The position numbers and the translations under genes are program-made. From positions 5,912 through 69,911 of the forward strand of contig CAZPHH010000009.1 in assembly GCA_964586145.1 (NCBI GenBank): a stretch of DNA of 64,000 nt, in the 5' to 3' direction. This document shows positions 1 to 11,753 of this stretch, in pieces. The notes under the pieces are model-generated. The model ran no database searches, was not told where the DNA came from, and saw only the letters and a list, made by a program, of their open reading frames with translations. The stretch's first letter is position 1. Every line of letters begins with the position of its first letter. The stretch comes from an uncultured Phycisphaeraceae bacterium (lineage in GTDB: Bacteria; Planctomycetota; Phycisphaerae; UBA1845).

Positions 1-48
1 TTGCGGGTGTCGCCGTCTGAGCGGACCGCACGCCGCCCCACCGGCCCC

Positions 49-717
49 CTACTGCTTCACCCGCTTCAGCACTTCGTCCACCATCTTCTTCGTTCCCTGG
101 AACACCTCTGCCGGGCCTGAGGCCAGCATGTAGGCCGGCGTCGACACGATCTGGTACTGTGGATCCACCACGATGTCGGTGGCCGGGCAGTTTTGGTGCT
201 TCGCCCCCATCTTTTCCACGGCCGCGGCGGTCTGCGCGTCGGTGCCGATGGTCAGAGTGGGGGCGATCTTCCGCCGGCCGGCGATCCGCGCCATCAGGGC
301 GGGTGCGATGCACATGAACCCGATCGGCTTGCCCATTTCGATCATGTCATTCACGAGGCGCTCCACGTCGGCATCCACCTCACAGTCCGGGCCCGCGGCA
401 GCGAACGTACAGAGGTTCTTGGCGGCGCCGAAGCCGCCGGGAACGATCAGGGCATCGATGTCCCGCGCTTCCATCGCTGAAAGGGGCGTGATTTTGCCGC
501 GGGCGATGCGGGCCGACTCGGCCAGTACGCCGCGGGTCTGGCCTTCCGCGGGCTTCTGCTGCACGTGGTCGATCACGTGCATCTGTGGCTTGTCCGGGGC
601 GCAGCAGACGGCTTGGGCGCCCGCCTGATCGAGGGCCAGCAGGGCCAGAACGGCTTCGTGGATCTCACTCCCGTCAAACACTCCGCAGCCGGAAAGACAG
701 ACAGCGACCTTTGCCAT
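49..717 (-). CDS. elbB: DJ-1/PfpI-family protein ElbB-like (glyoxalase/isoprenoid-biosynthesis associated)
   Basis: Internal ATG at 717 (MAKVAVCLSGCGVFDGSEIHEAVL...) with a GGAGG just upstream. Near full-length resemblance to E. coli ElbB, including IVPGGFGAAKNL and GFMCIAP. The 393-aa track ORF reaching 1230 is an over-extension. Confidence 0.85.
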   Translation of the reverse strand: MAKVAVCLSGCGVFDGSEIHEAVLALLALDQAGAQAVCCAPDKPQMHVIDHVQQKPAEGQTRGVLAESARIARGKITPLSAMEARDIDALIVPGGFGAAKNLCTFAAAGPDCEVDADVERLVNDMIEMGKPIGFMCIAPALMARIAGRRKIAPTLTIGTDAQTAAAVEKMGAKHQNCPATDIVVDPQYQIVSTPAYMLASGPAEVFQGTKKMVDEVLKRVKQ

Positions 718-895
718 GGGAACACCTCCGATGGTACTGGGGTTCAGGGTTTCTCCGGTCTCGCCTTCTCCATTGTACCCCCGCGGAGTGGGCGCGGCCA
801 CCGGTTCTGCTCGCGTTGCATCACGGGCCTCGTCTTCGTAGAATTTCCGGTCCGGACCGGCCCGCACGGTATGCGATGGGAGGGGAATCCCGGGA

Positions 896-2392
896 ATGAT
901 TGTGAGCACCCGAACCGTATATCTCGAGACGATGGGCTGCCAGATGAACGTGCTGGACAGCGAGCTCGTGCTGGGGCAGTTGCGTCGGCTCGGGTACCGA
1001 CCGGTAGACGATATCGCCGGGGCGGACGTGGTGTTGATCAACACGTGCAGCGTGCGGGACCACGCGGAGCAGAAGGCCTTCTCCCGGCTAGGCGCCCTGA
1101 AAAAGCCCAAGGCCGCCCGGCCGGCGATGGTCATCGGCGTGATCGGCTGCATGGCCGAGCGCGATCCGGACGGCATTTTCCGAAAGACGCCGCACGTGGA
1201 CCTGGTGTGTGGGCCGGGCGAGTTGAACAAGATTCCCGCCCTGATCGAAGAGGTGCTGGAGACACGTCAGAAGGTGGTGGCGCTGACGGAGAACAAGTCG
1301 CGCCGCAATTCGCTGCTGGCCCGGGCGGTGGACTGCGACTCGGTGGAGGCCCTGGACCTGTCGCGCGAGGCCGGCCTGCCCGAGCGGATGACCCAGGCGT
1401 ACGTGCGCATCCAGCGCGGCTGCGACAAGTTCTGCACGTTCTGCATCGTTCCCTACACGCGCGGGGCGGAGCGTTGCCGGCCGCCGCAGGTCATCGTCGA
1501 AGAGGCGAGGATGCTTGCGGACCGCGGCTGCAAAGAGGTGACTCTGCTGGGCCAGACGGTCAACAGCTACGCCTTTCCGGAGAACGGGCGGCGCATCGGG
1601 CTGGCGGACCTGCTGGAACGCGTCAACGCCATTCCCGGGCTGGAACGTATCCGCTTTGTAACAAATTACCCCGGTGATTTCACCGACGACATTCTCCAGG
1701 CCATGGGCGATCTGCCCAAGGTGTGCGAGTACCTTCACATTCCCGTGCAGAGCGGATCGGACGCCGTGTTGAAGCGCATGAACCGCCGCTACACGGTCGA
1801 GCGGTACGAGGAGCTGCTGGCCCGGGCGCGCGAAACCGTGCCCGGCGTCGCGCTGGCAACCGATTTCATCGTGGGCTTCTGTGGAGAGACCGAGGCGGAG
1901 TTCCAGGCATCGTACGACCTGGTGGAGCGGGCGCGGTTCAAGAGTCTTTTCTGCTTCAAGTACTCACCGCGTCCGAACACGGTCGCGGACCGGCGGCTGC
2001 CGGATGACGTTCCGGATGCGGTCAAGCGAGCCCGCAACCTTGCCATCCTGCGGCTCCAGGAGCGGATTTCGCTGGCCGACAATCAAAGTTTCATCGGCCG
2101 GGAGGTCGAAGTACTGGTAGAGGGCTTCAGCAAGGCGGCCGTCAAGGCCCAGGAGGCGGAGCAATCCCGCGGGGCGGAAGTCGGCTGGCGCCGCGCCGAT
2201 CAACTTGTCGGGCGGACGCGGGGCGACCGAATCGTGGTCTTTCCCGGTACGGAGGCGGACATCGGCCAGGTTCGCCGCGTTCGGGTGCAATCGGCCACGG
2301 CCCTGACCCTGTTCGGGGAGTTGACGCCGGTCGTGGCGGGCCATACCGTCGCATCGAGGGCGGCGGACGTCCACGGCACCACCGGGGTTTGA
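896..2392 (+). CDS. miaB: tRNA-i6A37 methylthiotransferase MiaB (radical SAM)
   Basis: N-terminal UPF0004 motif YLETMGCQMN, radical-SAM CDKFCTFC cluster motif, C-terminal TRAM-like region. GGGAGGGG RBS before the ATG. Confidence 0.9.
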   Translation: MIVSTRTVYLETMGCQMNVLDSELVLGQLRRLGYRPVDDIAGADVVLINTCSVRDHAEQKAFSRLGALKKPKAARPAMVIGVIGCMAERDPDGIFRKTPHVDLVCGPGELNKIPALIEEVLETRQKVVALTENKSRRNSLLARAVDCDSVEALDLSREAGLPERMTQAYVRIQRGCDKFCTFCIVPYTRGAERCRPPQVIVEEARMLADRGCKEVTLLGQTVNSYAFPENGRRIGLADLLERVNAIPGLERIRFVTNYPGDFTDDILQAMGDLPKVCEYLHIPVQSGSDAVLKRMNRRYTVERYEELLARARETVPGVALATDFIVGFCGETEAEFQASYDLVERARFKSLFCFKYSPRPNTVADRRLPDDVPDAVKRARNLAILRLQERISLADNQSFIGREVEVLVEGFSKAAVKAQEAEQSRGAEVGWRRADQLVGRTRGDRIVVFPGTEADIGQVRRVRVQSATALTLFGELTPVVAGHTVASRAADVHGTTGV

Positions 2393-2433
2393 GAGTCACG
2401 GAACAGTCTCATCCTCCGGAAGGCTGAAAACTC

Positions 2434-2784
2434 ATGGCAGACGAACACGATTCCGGCACCGCATTACAGGAGCAGACCCAAGAGCGGGCGAAGGCGGACC
2501 CGAAGCCGAAGATCCTGCCGCCCTACCACGTGATCCTGCTGGACGACAACGACCACACGTATGAGTACGTCATCGAGATGCTTATGCGCCTGTTCGGCCA
2601 CTCCCTGGAGACGGCCTTCCAGATGGCCTGCGAAGTGGACGCGACCGGCCGGGTCATCGTGGACACCACGAGCAAGGAGCGGGCCGAGCTCAAGCAGGAG
2701 CAGATTCACGCCTACGGCCCGGACAAACTGCTCGAACGCAGCCGGGGCAGCATGTCGTCCGTGATCGAGCCGGCCATCTCCTGA
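2434..2784 (+). CDS. clpS: ATP-dependent Clp protease adaptor ClpS
   Basis: Core PPYHVILLDDNDHTYEYVIEMLMRLFGH is typical of ClpS. No clpA is adjacent. Confidence 0.9.
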   Translation: MADEHDSGTALQEQTQERAKADPKPKILPPYHVILLDDNDHTYEYVIEMLMRLFGHSLETAFQMACEVDATGRVIVDTTSKERAELKQEQIHAYGPDKLLERSRGSMSSVIEPAIS

Positions 2785-2802
2785 GCACCCTCCGGCCCTG
2801 CG

Positions 2803-4272
<1,470 letters not shown>

Positions 4273-4721
4273 CTACCGGTTCGAAGCACCGACCATCACG
4301 CGGCTCGGATACCACCCGGGGTGGATGCTGCGCCCAAACGCGAGGGACATTATACCCGCGACCCCGCGTGGCGCCCCGGGGTTTCGGTCCGCCGGCCCGC
4401 GCATCGTCCTATGCAGTCTGCGTGGGCATGGTGCCCGGGCACTCTACGCACTCCGGTCTTTGGCCGGCGCAGACCGGGGTCCGGACGAAAGGCCTTCCCG
4501 CCGTCGCACCCGCTGCAGGGCAGGGCGATCGTGGGGACCCTCGACGCCGGCGCTGCCCGTTGGCGTAAATGGCGCAACCACCGCCAGTTCCCCTTCGTAC
4601 CTGGCATTCCCCTTCGGGACTGGCATCGGTCCGCGGTGAAATTGCCCAGGGGGTGTGGATGCAACCGCCCGGGGTTGCTACATTACCCGCCCAGAGGTTT
4701 CTGGAAGGAGGAGCATGAACC

Positions 4722-6107
4722 GTGGGTACACCCTGTCTGGGCATTCTGGTGGGCGGCGGACCCGCCCCGGGCATCAACGGCGTCATCAGCGCCGCGGCGA
4801 TCGAGGCGATCAACAGCGGGATGCGGGTCATCGGCCTGTACGACGGCCTGCGCTGGCTGGCCGGCAAGGAGTTCGACGTTGCGCATCACACCATCGAGTT
4901 GACGATCCCCCTGGTGGCGCGGGTGCATTTCGACGGCGGATCGATCCTGCGAACCTCTCGAACCAGCCTTCTGGACGACAAGAAGCTCAAGACGTCCACG
5001 GTGGTGGCGGCGGACCCGGAGAAGGTCAAGCGGGTCATGGCCCGCCTGGAGCTCCTCGGCATCACGCACCTGCTGACGATCGGCGGTGACGACACCGCAC
5101 TCAGCGCCCGGATCACCGCGGAGGCATCGCGGGGCAAAATCCGGGTCGTCCACTGTCCCAAGACCATCGACAACGACCTTCCGTTGCCCGGCGACCTTCC
5201 CACGTTCGGATACAACACCGCCCGGCACCATGGAGCGATCCTCGTCAAGAACCTGATGCAGGATTCCAAGACGACGGACCGTTGGTACATCGTGGTGGCC
5301 ATGGGCCGCAACGCCGGCTTCCTGGCCCTGGGCATCGGAAAGTCCGCGGGCGCCACCCTCACCCTGATCCCGGAGGAGTTCCGCGACAAGGTGACCGTCG
5401 CGCAGGTGTGCGACGTTATCGAGGGCGCAATTCTCAAGCGGCGCGCGATGGGGCGACACGACGGCGTGGCCGTCCTTGCGGAGGGCCTGGCGTACCGATT
5501 CGGCGACCGGGTCGAACTCGAACGCATCCTGGGCTGTGAAGTCCCGGTGGACGCCGCCGGTCACCCGCGACTCGCGGAGTTCCCTCTCCAGGACGTCATC
5601 CGCAAAGAGCTGGTCAGGCGGTTTCGCGACCGCGGCGACAAGACCACGATTGTATCCGGCACTCTCGGCTACGAACTCCGCTGCGCCGAGCCGACCCCGT
5701 TCGACATGGCGTACTGCCGCGACCTCGGCCACGGGGCGATCCGCATGTTGCTGGATACCGAGGCGAACTATCCGCTGGGCGTGATGGTTACGCTCCAGGG
5801 CGGGCACCTCAAGCCGATGTTCTTCGAGGAGATGGTGGATCCGCAGACCAACCGGACGCGCGTCCGCCAGGTGGACATCTCCTCCGACTCCTACCGCGTC
5901 GCCCGGGCGTACATGCTCCGCCTGAACAAGAGGGACTTCGAATCGCCCGAATTCGTGCAGAAGATGGCCGGGCACGCGAAGCTCAGCGAGGCGGAATTCC
6001 GCAAGCGGTTCTTCCCCGTTGTGGACGGCACGATCTGCCTGGACCCGCCGGCGGAAGGACCCCAGCCGTTTCTGAATCTGCTTCGCAATGGCCAGACGGA
6101 ACCGTGA
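4722..6107 (+). CDS. pfp: 6-phosphofructokinase, probably pyrophosphate-dependent (PFP)
   Basis: GTG start 8 nt after GGAAGGAGGAG. PFK motifs GGGPAPGINGVI, TIGGDDT (Asp where ATP-PFKs have Gly, a PPi-type marker), PKTIDNDL, MGRNAGFLAL. Confidence 0.8.
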   Translation: MGTPCLGILVGGGPAPGINGVISAAAIEAINSGMRVIGLYDGLRWLAGKEFDVAHHTIELTIPLVARVHFDGGSILRTSRTSLLDDKKLKTSTVVAADPEKVKRVMARLELLGITHLLTIGGDDTALSARITAEASRGKIRVVHCPKTIDNDLPLPGDLPTFGYNTARHHGAILVKNLMQDSKTTDRWYIVVAMGRNAGFLALGIGKSAGATLTLIPEEFRDKVTVAQVCDVIEGAILKRRAMGRHDGVAVLAEGLAYRFGDRVELERILGCEVPVDAAGHPRLAEFPLQDVIRKELVRRFRDRGDKTTIVSGTLGYELRCAEPTPFDMAYCRDLGHGAIRMLLDTEANYPLGVMVTLQGGHLKPMFFEEMVDPQTNRTRVRQVDISSDSYRVARAYMLRLNKRDFESPEFVQKMAGHAKLSEAEFRKRFFPVVDGTICLDPPAEGPQPFLNLLRNGQTEP

Positions 6108-6189
6108 TGCCGCCGGGGTGACCCGGACGCTTCGCCGTTTCTCGACCTGGGCCCCGGTGCGCCGACCGCAGGTCGGGAATCGCAGCGCC

Positions 6190-7305
6190 TCATTCCTCCG
6201 GGATCGGCCGCGTACCCTGCACCGGCCCGACCACGGAGTGATACTTGAACTCGACGTATCCCTGTCGCTCGAACTTCGCGGCCAGGCGCCGCAGGGTATC
6301 GATCAGGTCGGTCAGCCTCTCCAGGGACACGCGCATGGCCTCGTACAGCCGGGCGTCCCGCAGGAGCAGGCCCAGGGTCCCCTCGCCCTCGGCCATCTGA
6401 ACGGCCACTCGGTTCAGGGTACTCGTTAGCTCCGCCGTGCCATCCAGCACGGGGCCCAGCCGGTTGATCTGTCCGCGTACGTCCTGCACCGCCAATTGGA
6501 GTTCGTCCGAGATCTGCCGGACATCCGTCTTGAGCGTGGCCGCGGTCTCCCGCAGGTCCGCGAAGGTCTGCTTGCCGTCCGCCGTCATGTCGCGGATGTT
6601 CTCCACGGACTGCTTCACACCCGCCTTGAATTCCGGATCGCCCATGATGTCGTTCCAGTGCCGTAGCGTCTCGTCGAACCGCTGCACCACCGTATGGAGA
6701 GTGGCGGTGATCCGCCGGGCGGAGGCCGCCGGATCGTCCACTTCCCTGATGGTGCGTTTTTCCAGCAGATCGTGCAGGTCGGCGGCCACAGGCCGGAGGT
6801 CCGCGGCGAGGTTCCCGATTTCCAGGCCGGTGCGCTCGAGCGTGGGCATGAGTGTCGGCGGGAGAATGTCCGCCAGCGGATTGCCCATCTCGCCTCGAAT
6901 GCCCGCGCCTTCCCGTGGGAGCATGACCAACTCTTTGTCTGTGGTGGGCACCGCCAGCTCGATCCGGGTCCGGCCAATGCCGATGGGTGAGGTCAGGATG
7001 ATGGCCCGGGTGCCCTTTGGGATTTCGTACTGGTTTCGGATCAGGGCTATGATCTTGACGCCCTCGTAGGGCTTCTTGGCATTCACGAATTCGGTGCGTC
7101 CCACCCGCCCGACCTCGACGCCGTTCATGTTGATGGGCGTGCCCTCCTGCACACCGGAAAGCTGGTTCACCCGAACGGAGAGTTCATATTCCGCCCCCCC
7201 CAGCCACGTCGGGTGCTCGCCGAACAGGACCATCAACGTGGCGGCGGTACCCAGGCCCGCCAGCATGAAGAACCCGACCAGCACATTCCGCCTGAACTCG
7301 CTCAT
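6190..7305 (-). CDS. MCE/MlaD-family substrate-binding protein of ABC transporter
   Basis: N-terminal TM helix (VLVGFFMLAGLGTAATLMVLF) followed by an MCE-like beta domain and a long helical C-terminus. ATGA overlap with the upstream ATPase gene. Confidence 0.8.
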   Translation of the reverse strand: MSEFRRNVLVGFFMLAGLGTAATLMVLFGEHPTWLGGAEYELSVRVNQLSGVQEGTPINMNGVEVGRVGRTEFVNAKKPYEGVKIIALIRNQYEIPKGTRAIILTSPIGIGRTRIELAVPTTDKELVMLPREGAGIRGEMGNPLADILPPTLMPTLERTGLEIGNLAADLRPVAADLHDLLEKRTIREVDDPAASARRITATLHTVVQRFDETLRHWNDIMGDPEFKAGVKQSVENIRDMTADGKQTFADLRETAATLKTDVRQISDELQLAVQDVRGQINRLGPVLDGTAELTSTLNRVAVQMAEGEGTLGLLLRDARLYEAMRVSLERLTDLIDTLRRLAAKFERQGYVEFKYHSVVGPVQGTRPIPEE

Positions 7306-8120
7306 GATCCGACTCCGTTTCGCAGGCTGCGCAGGTCCGCCGCAGACGCCCGCCCTTCCACGAACCGGCGGACCCGCTCATCCTTCGAGGCTGCCAGCGC
7401 ATCCGGCGTGCCGTCGAAGATGAAGCGCCCGTCGTGCAGCATGATGATCCGGTCCCCGACCTTGCGAGCACTGGCCATGTCGTGCGTCACGACGACGCCC
7501 GTCACGCCCATCTCCCGCTTGAGCTTGAGGATCAGCTCGTTGATCACGTCGGCCCGCACCGGATCTAATCCTGTTGTGGGCTCGTCGTATAGTACGACTT
7601 CCGGGTCCAGAGCGATGGCACGGGCCAGGGCCACGCGTTTCTTCTGCCCGCCCGACAACTCCGCCGGGCGCTTGCCCTGGATTCCGTCCAACCCCACCAT
7701 CCGCAGCTTCTCCGACACGATCCGCGACACGTCCGCCGGGGAGCGACGCGTATGCTCGATCACGGGAAAGGCGAGGTTCTCCGCCACGGTCAGCGAGTCA
7801 AACAGCGCCCCGAGTTGAAACAGAAAGCCGAACCGTTGTCGCAGTCGATCGAGCTGCCGGATGTTCATCCGGTCCACCCGGTCTCCCCGGAATCGCACCT
7901 CTCCGTGGTCGGGCCGCAGCAGGCCCACCATATGCTTGAGAATGACGCTCTTGCCCGCTCCGGACTCGCCGATCACGACCATGGTCTCGCCCGCCCGCAG
8001 GGAGAGGTCCACGCCTTGCAGCACGCGCTGGGCGCCGAACGCCTTATGCACGTTGGCGAATCGAATAACGGGCACGCCATCGGCGTCCCCCCCGGGACCC
8101 TGCGACACGGCAAAACTCAT
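7302..8120 (-). CDS. ABC transporter ATP-binding protein (MlaF-like)
   Basis: Walker A GESGAGKS, signature LSGGQKKRVALARA, Walker B VVLYDEPTTGLD. Confidence 0.9.
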   Translation of the reverse strand: MSFAVSQGPGGDADGVPVIRFANVHKAFGAQRVLQGVDLSLRAGETMVVIGESGAGKSVILKHMVGLLRPDHGEVRFRGDRVDRMNIRQLDRLRQRFGFLFQLGALFDSLTVAENLAFPVIEHTRRSPADVSRIVSEKLRMVGLDGIQGKRPAELSGGQKKRVALARAIALDPEVVLYDEPTTGLDPVRADVINELILKLKREMGVTGVVVTHDMASARKVGDRIIMLHDGRFIFDGTPDALAASKDERVRRFVEGRASAADLRSLRNGVGS

Positions 8121-8132
8121 GGCAAACGCACG

Positions 8133-8951
8133 TCAGATCAACGCCTTGAAACCGAACAACCCCTTGTAGACGCCCTGCGCAAAAGTCGCCACGAAGAAGT
8201 CGATCACCAGAATCACGATGAAGTTGGCCACGAAGGAGTCGGTGCAGGCTTTCCCGACACCCTCCGCCCCGGGCCTGCAGTAGAACCCCTTGTAACAGGC
8301 GATGGTCCCGATACTGCCCCCGAAGAGCAGGCTCTTGACCAGCCCCACCCCCACGTCCCATTTCTCGATGGCCTCGGCCGTCCAGTACCAGTACGGGCCC
8401 GACGGAACGTCCTTCACCACGACCGCGATGAACCAGCCCGCCAGGCAACCCGCCAGGTCGCAGAAAAACGTCAGCAGCGGGGTCAGAAGCAGGCAGGCCA
8501 GAAACCGCGGAACCACCAGGTGCCGGACCGGGTCGGCCCCCATGACCCGGTACGCATCCAGTTGTTCCGTCACGTTCATCGTGCCCAGTTCGGCGGTCAG
8601 GGCCCCGCCCACCCGACCGGCCAGCATCACGCCCGCCAGGACCGGCCCCAGTTCCTTGACCAGGGTCAGGTTCAGGAGCATGCCCATTTGCTCCTGGAAA
8701 CCGGCCGCCGCCAACTGGTCATACGCCTGGACGGCCAGCACCAGGCCCACGAAGACGCCGGTGATCAGCACCACCGGCAGCGTCCGGTTGCCGACCTCGT
8801 AAAACTGAGGCATGACCCGCTGCCAGGTGCGATAGCGGGGCAGGCCCACAAGCGTCCGTTCGAGCATGGTGCCGGTGAAGCACCAGAACTGCCCGAAGGA
8901 CGCAAATGAAGCAACCGCTTTTCCGCCGCAGCGTGCGATCAGGCCCAGCAT
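8133..8951 (-). CDS. ABC transporter permease (MlaE-like)
   Basis: Polytopic membrane protein with MlaE-like sequence (ELGPVLAGVMLAGRVGGALTAELGTM). The start is uncertain (ATG 8951 chosen; the ORF is open to 9029). Confidence 0.8.
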   Translation of the reverse strand: MLGLIARCGGKAVASFASFGQFWCFTGTMLERTLVGLPRYRTWQRVMPQFYEVGNRTLPVVLITGVFVGLVLAVQAYDQLAAAGFQEQMGMLLNLTLVKELGPVLAGVMLAGRVGGALTAELGTMNVTEQLDAYRVMGADPVRHLVVPRFLACLLLTPLLTFFCDLAGCLAGWFIAVVVKDVPSGPYWYWTAEAIEKWDVGVGLVKSLLFGGSIGTIACYKGFYCRPGAEGVGKACTDSFVANFIVILVIDFFVATFAQGVYKGLFGFKALI

Positions 8952-9082
8952 GGTCGTTACGGGGAACCCGCCTCGCGCAACACGTAAACCCTGCCGCGAC
9001 CTTGTAATGGCGACGCCCCGGCGTGTCAATTACATGCCCCAGCGGCACTTGCCCCGATTTGTACCCGCGATATGATCCGCGG

Positions 9083-9808
9083 ATGCTTCCCGAATCCCCG
9101 GACGTATCCGTTGTTGTCCCCGCCTTTCGCGAGGCCCCAAACCTGCGTCCCCTCGCGGAACGCGTCTTCGCCGCAACCCGGGGCGCCGGGCTGGACGCGG
9201 AACTCATCATCGTCGACGACAGTTCAGGGGACGGCAGTGCGGAGATCGTGGCCGATCTCGCCGCCCTGTTTCCGGTCCGCATCATCGTCCGGACAAACGA
9301 ACGCGGGCTCAGTTCCGCCGTCCTTCGCGGCTTTCAGGAGGCCCGAGGCCCCTTCCTCGTGGTGATGGACGCCGACCTCTCCCACCCGCCGGAGGCCATC
9401 CCGGACCTGGTTGCCCCCGTTCGTGAGGGCCGGGCGGATTTTGCCCTGGGGTCCCGCTACGTCTCCGGGGGCCACATCGACCAGGACTGGTCGCTTTTCC
9501 GCCACCTGAACAGCCGCATCGCGACCTGGCTGGCTCGTCCCCTCACGTCCGTCCGGGATCCGATGTCCGGCTTCTTCTGCCTGGCCCGCGCCAGCCTGGA
9601 GCGGGCGGCCCCGCTGAATCCCGTCGGGTACAAAATCGCCCTGGAACTGATCGTCAAGACCCGAAGCCGCCGCTGCCTGGAGGTGCCCATTTCCTTTGCC
9701 GACCGGGCGGCCGGTACCAGCAAACTGACCGCCCGGGAGCAGCTTCGCTATCTTCGCCACCTAGCCCGCTTGTACTGGTTCCGCATTGCGGGCCCGCAGA
9801 AGAGATGA
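9083..9808 (+). CDS. GT2 polyprenol-phosphate glycosyltransferase (Dpm1-like)
   Basis: VSVVVPAFREAPNL...IIVDDSSGDGS...VVMDADLSHPP is typical of dolichyl/polyprenyl-phosphate mannose or glucose synthases. The start is set at the second ATG. Confidence 0.8.
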   Translation: MLPESPDVSVVVPAFREAPNLRPLAERVFAATRGAGLDAELIIVDDSSGDGSAEIVADLAALFPVRIIVRTNERGLSSAVLRGFQEARGPFLVVMDADLSHPPEAIPDLVAPVREGRADFALGSRYVSGGHIDQDWSLFRHLNSRIATWLARPLTSVRDPMSGFFCLARASLERAAPLNPVGYKIALELIVKTRSRRCLEVPISFADRAAGTSKLTAREQLRYLRHLARLYWFRIAGPQKR

Positions 9809-9957
9809 CCAGCGCTTGAGGAACGTCCGGTCGTTCGGGTATGCTGCATGTTTTACCGACGTGGGCTGAGCCGACCCACCGACACAGGAGGCGTGAGCTG
9901 CCCGGTCTCCACCCGGGAGCGCTCCCAGACGACAGGCTGCGGCGGAGTGAACCGGCA

Positions 9958-10917
9958 ATGAATGAATCCCTGCGAATCGTCGTGGCCCTCGGGGGCAACG
10001 CCCTGTCCGACCCGACCCGGCCCGGCAGCGTGGCCGAGCAGTTCGCACGCACGCGCGAGACTTCCATCCCGCTGTGCGATCTGCTGGAAGAGGGACACCG
10101 GCTGCTCATCACGCACGGAAACGGCCCGCAGGTAGGCAGTATTCTCCGGAGGGTCGAGCTGTCGCAGCACGAAGTCCATCCCATTGACCTGGGCCTCTGC
10201 GTGGCCGATTCGCAGGCGGGCATGGGTTACATGATCTGCCAGTGTATGACGAATGAACTGCTCCGCCGCCGCATCGATCGCTACGCCATCGCTCTGGTCA
10301 CCACGGTGCAGGTCGATCCGAACGACCCGGCCTTCACGAACCCCACCAAGCCGATCGGCGCGTTTTGCTCGCCCGACGTCGCACGGCGACATATGGCGCA
10401 GGACGGCTGGAAGATGGTCGAAGTGCCCGGTAAGGGCTTTCGGCGCGTCGTGCCGTCACCCCGGCCCATCGCCATCAAGCCGCTTCAGCCCATTAAGGAC
10501 CTTTTTGACAAGGGCGAGATTCTGGTCGCCTGCGGCGGAGGGGGGATTCCCATTATCTGGCGCGACGGCTGGGGGTATGAAGGACTCGAGGCGGTCATCG
10601 ACAAGGACTTGGCGGCCGCCCTGCTGGCCGTCGGGGTGGGGGCGGATCGGCTCGTCATCGTGACCGATCAGGATTGCGTTTACGAGAATTTCGGCACACC
10701 CGACCAGCGGCCCATCCCACGGCTGACCGTGGAACAGGCGCGACAACGTCTGGAGACGGGTGAGTTTCCCCCCGGCTCCATGGGGCCGAAGGTGGAGGCG
10801 GCCATCCAGTTCCTCACCCAGTCGCCACGGCCCAATGTCAAGACCGTAATTACGTCGTATACCACGTTGGTGGACGCCATCCACGACCGCGCCGGAACGT
10901 GCTTCGTCCGCGTCTGA
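9958..10917 (+). CDS. arcC: carbamate kinase
   Basis: MNESLRIVVALGGNAL...ITHGNGPQVG...CGGGGIP motifs. No arcA/arcB nearby. Confidence 0.9.
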   Translation: MNESLRIVVALGGNALSDPTRPGSVAEQFARTRETSIPLCDLLEEGHRLLITHGNGPQVGSILRRVELSQHEVHPIDLGLCVADSQAGMGYMICQCMTNELLRRRIDRYAIALVTTVQVDPNDPAFTNPTKPIGAFCSPDVARRHMAQDGWKMVEVPGKGFRRVVPSPRPIAIKPLQPIKDLFDKGEILVACGGGGIPIIWRDGWGYEGLEAVIDKDLAAALLAVGVGADRLVIVTDQDCVYENFGTPDQRPIPRLTVEQARQRLETGEFPPGSMGPKVEAAIQFLTQSPRPNVKTVITSYTTLVDAIHDRAGTCFVRV

Positions 10918-10973
10918 GAGCGGCCCTCATCCGGCCCGGGAGCAGCTCCCCTGCCGGGCCCCGCCTGCATCCG

Positions 10974-11753
10974 CTACTCGTCGATCCGGCCCCGCTCCAC
11001 GCGATTTCCGGTGGCTCGGGCCGGGTCCAGCCGGCGCAGCACGCGACGGCGCATGGCCTGGAACGGCTGTGTCAGCCATCGATGCACGTGGACGTAGACG
11101 GGCCGGCGGTACGAGGCCGTCAGGACCTCGGGACTCAACTGGTCCCGGCGTGTCCGCCGCTGGAGCTTGGTCAGGTGATACAGGTCACCCTGCTGGAAAC
11201 GCCGCAGCAGCCAGCGAGCCGGCGGGAACCGGCGTGCCCAACGCGGCAGCCGAAACGCGATCTGAAAATCGAAGAGGTACGGCCGACCATCTTCCCCGAC
11301 CAGCACGTTCTCGCACTTCTCGAGGTCCACGTACGCCATGCCGCGAGCATGCATGGCACGGATGGCGTCGTGAAGCCGGGGAAAGAAGTCATCCGGCACT
11401 CGCTCTCCCTTGCGGAGGACGTGCCCGGGCACGAAGTCGTGGGCCGTCGCTCCCCTGCCCCACATACCCACGAACCGCGGCACGGCCTCCAGGTCCGCCA
11501 GCAGGCGAAACATGGCCGCCTCGCGCCGGGCCAGAAACCGACCGGTCCAAGCCATGGGTATCCCAAAAAGAGACACGCGTCGCCCAATCTTCAGGACAAT
11601 CTGTCCGTCGGGGCCCCCGTAGAGTCCGGTGGCGGCGAAGAAGTCGTGCTTGAATCCGCGTACATAGGAATACGGATGCCCGTCGATTTCCACGCTTGGT
11701 GGAAAGGATTCTCTTCCCAGCGCACGCAGCCAAGCCGGCACGGTCCTGGTCAA
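10974..11753 (-). CDS. atypical protein-kinase-like (PKL) fold protein, RIO/LPS-kinase-like
   Basis: Catalytic-loop-like YVDLEKCENVLV followed by LFDFQ (DFG-like). The only in-frame starts near the 5' end are TTG (11753) or GTG. Function unknown. Confidence 0.55.
   Translation of the reverse strand: MTRTVPAWLRALGRESFPPSVEIDGHPYSYVRGFKHDFFAATGLYGGPDGQIVLKIGRRVSLFGIPMAWTGRFLARREAAMFRLLADLEAVPRFVGMWGRGATAHDFVPGHVLRKGERVPDDFFPRLHDAIRAMHARGMAYVDLEKCENVLVGEDGRPYLFDFQIAFRLPRWARRFPPARWLLRRFQQGDLYHLTKLQRRTRRDQLSPEVLTASYRRPVYVHVHRWLTQPFQAMRRRVLRRLDPARATGNRVERGRIDE

Noticed and set aside
718-1230. N-terminal 171-aa extension of the elbB ORF in the track (49..1230). It also overlaps miaB on the other strand.
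   Set aside because: ElbB homology begins exactly at the internal ATG (717), which has a GGAGG RBS. The upstream residues are non-homologous and overlap the miaB start.
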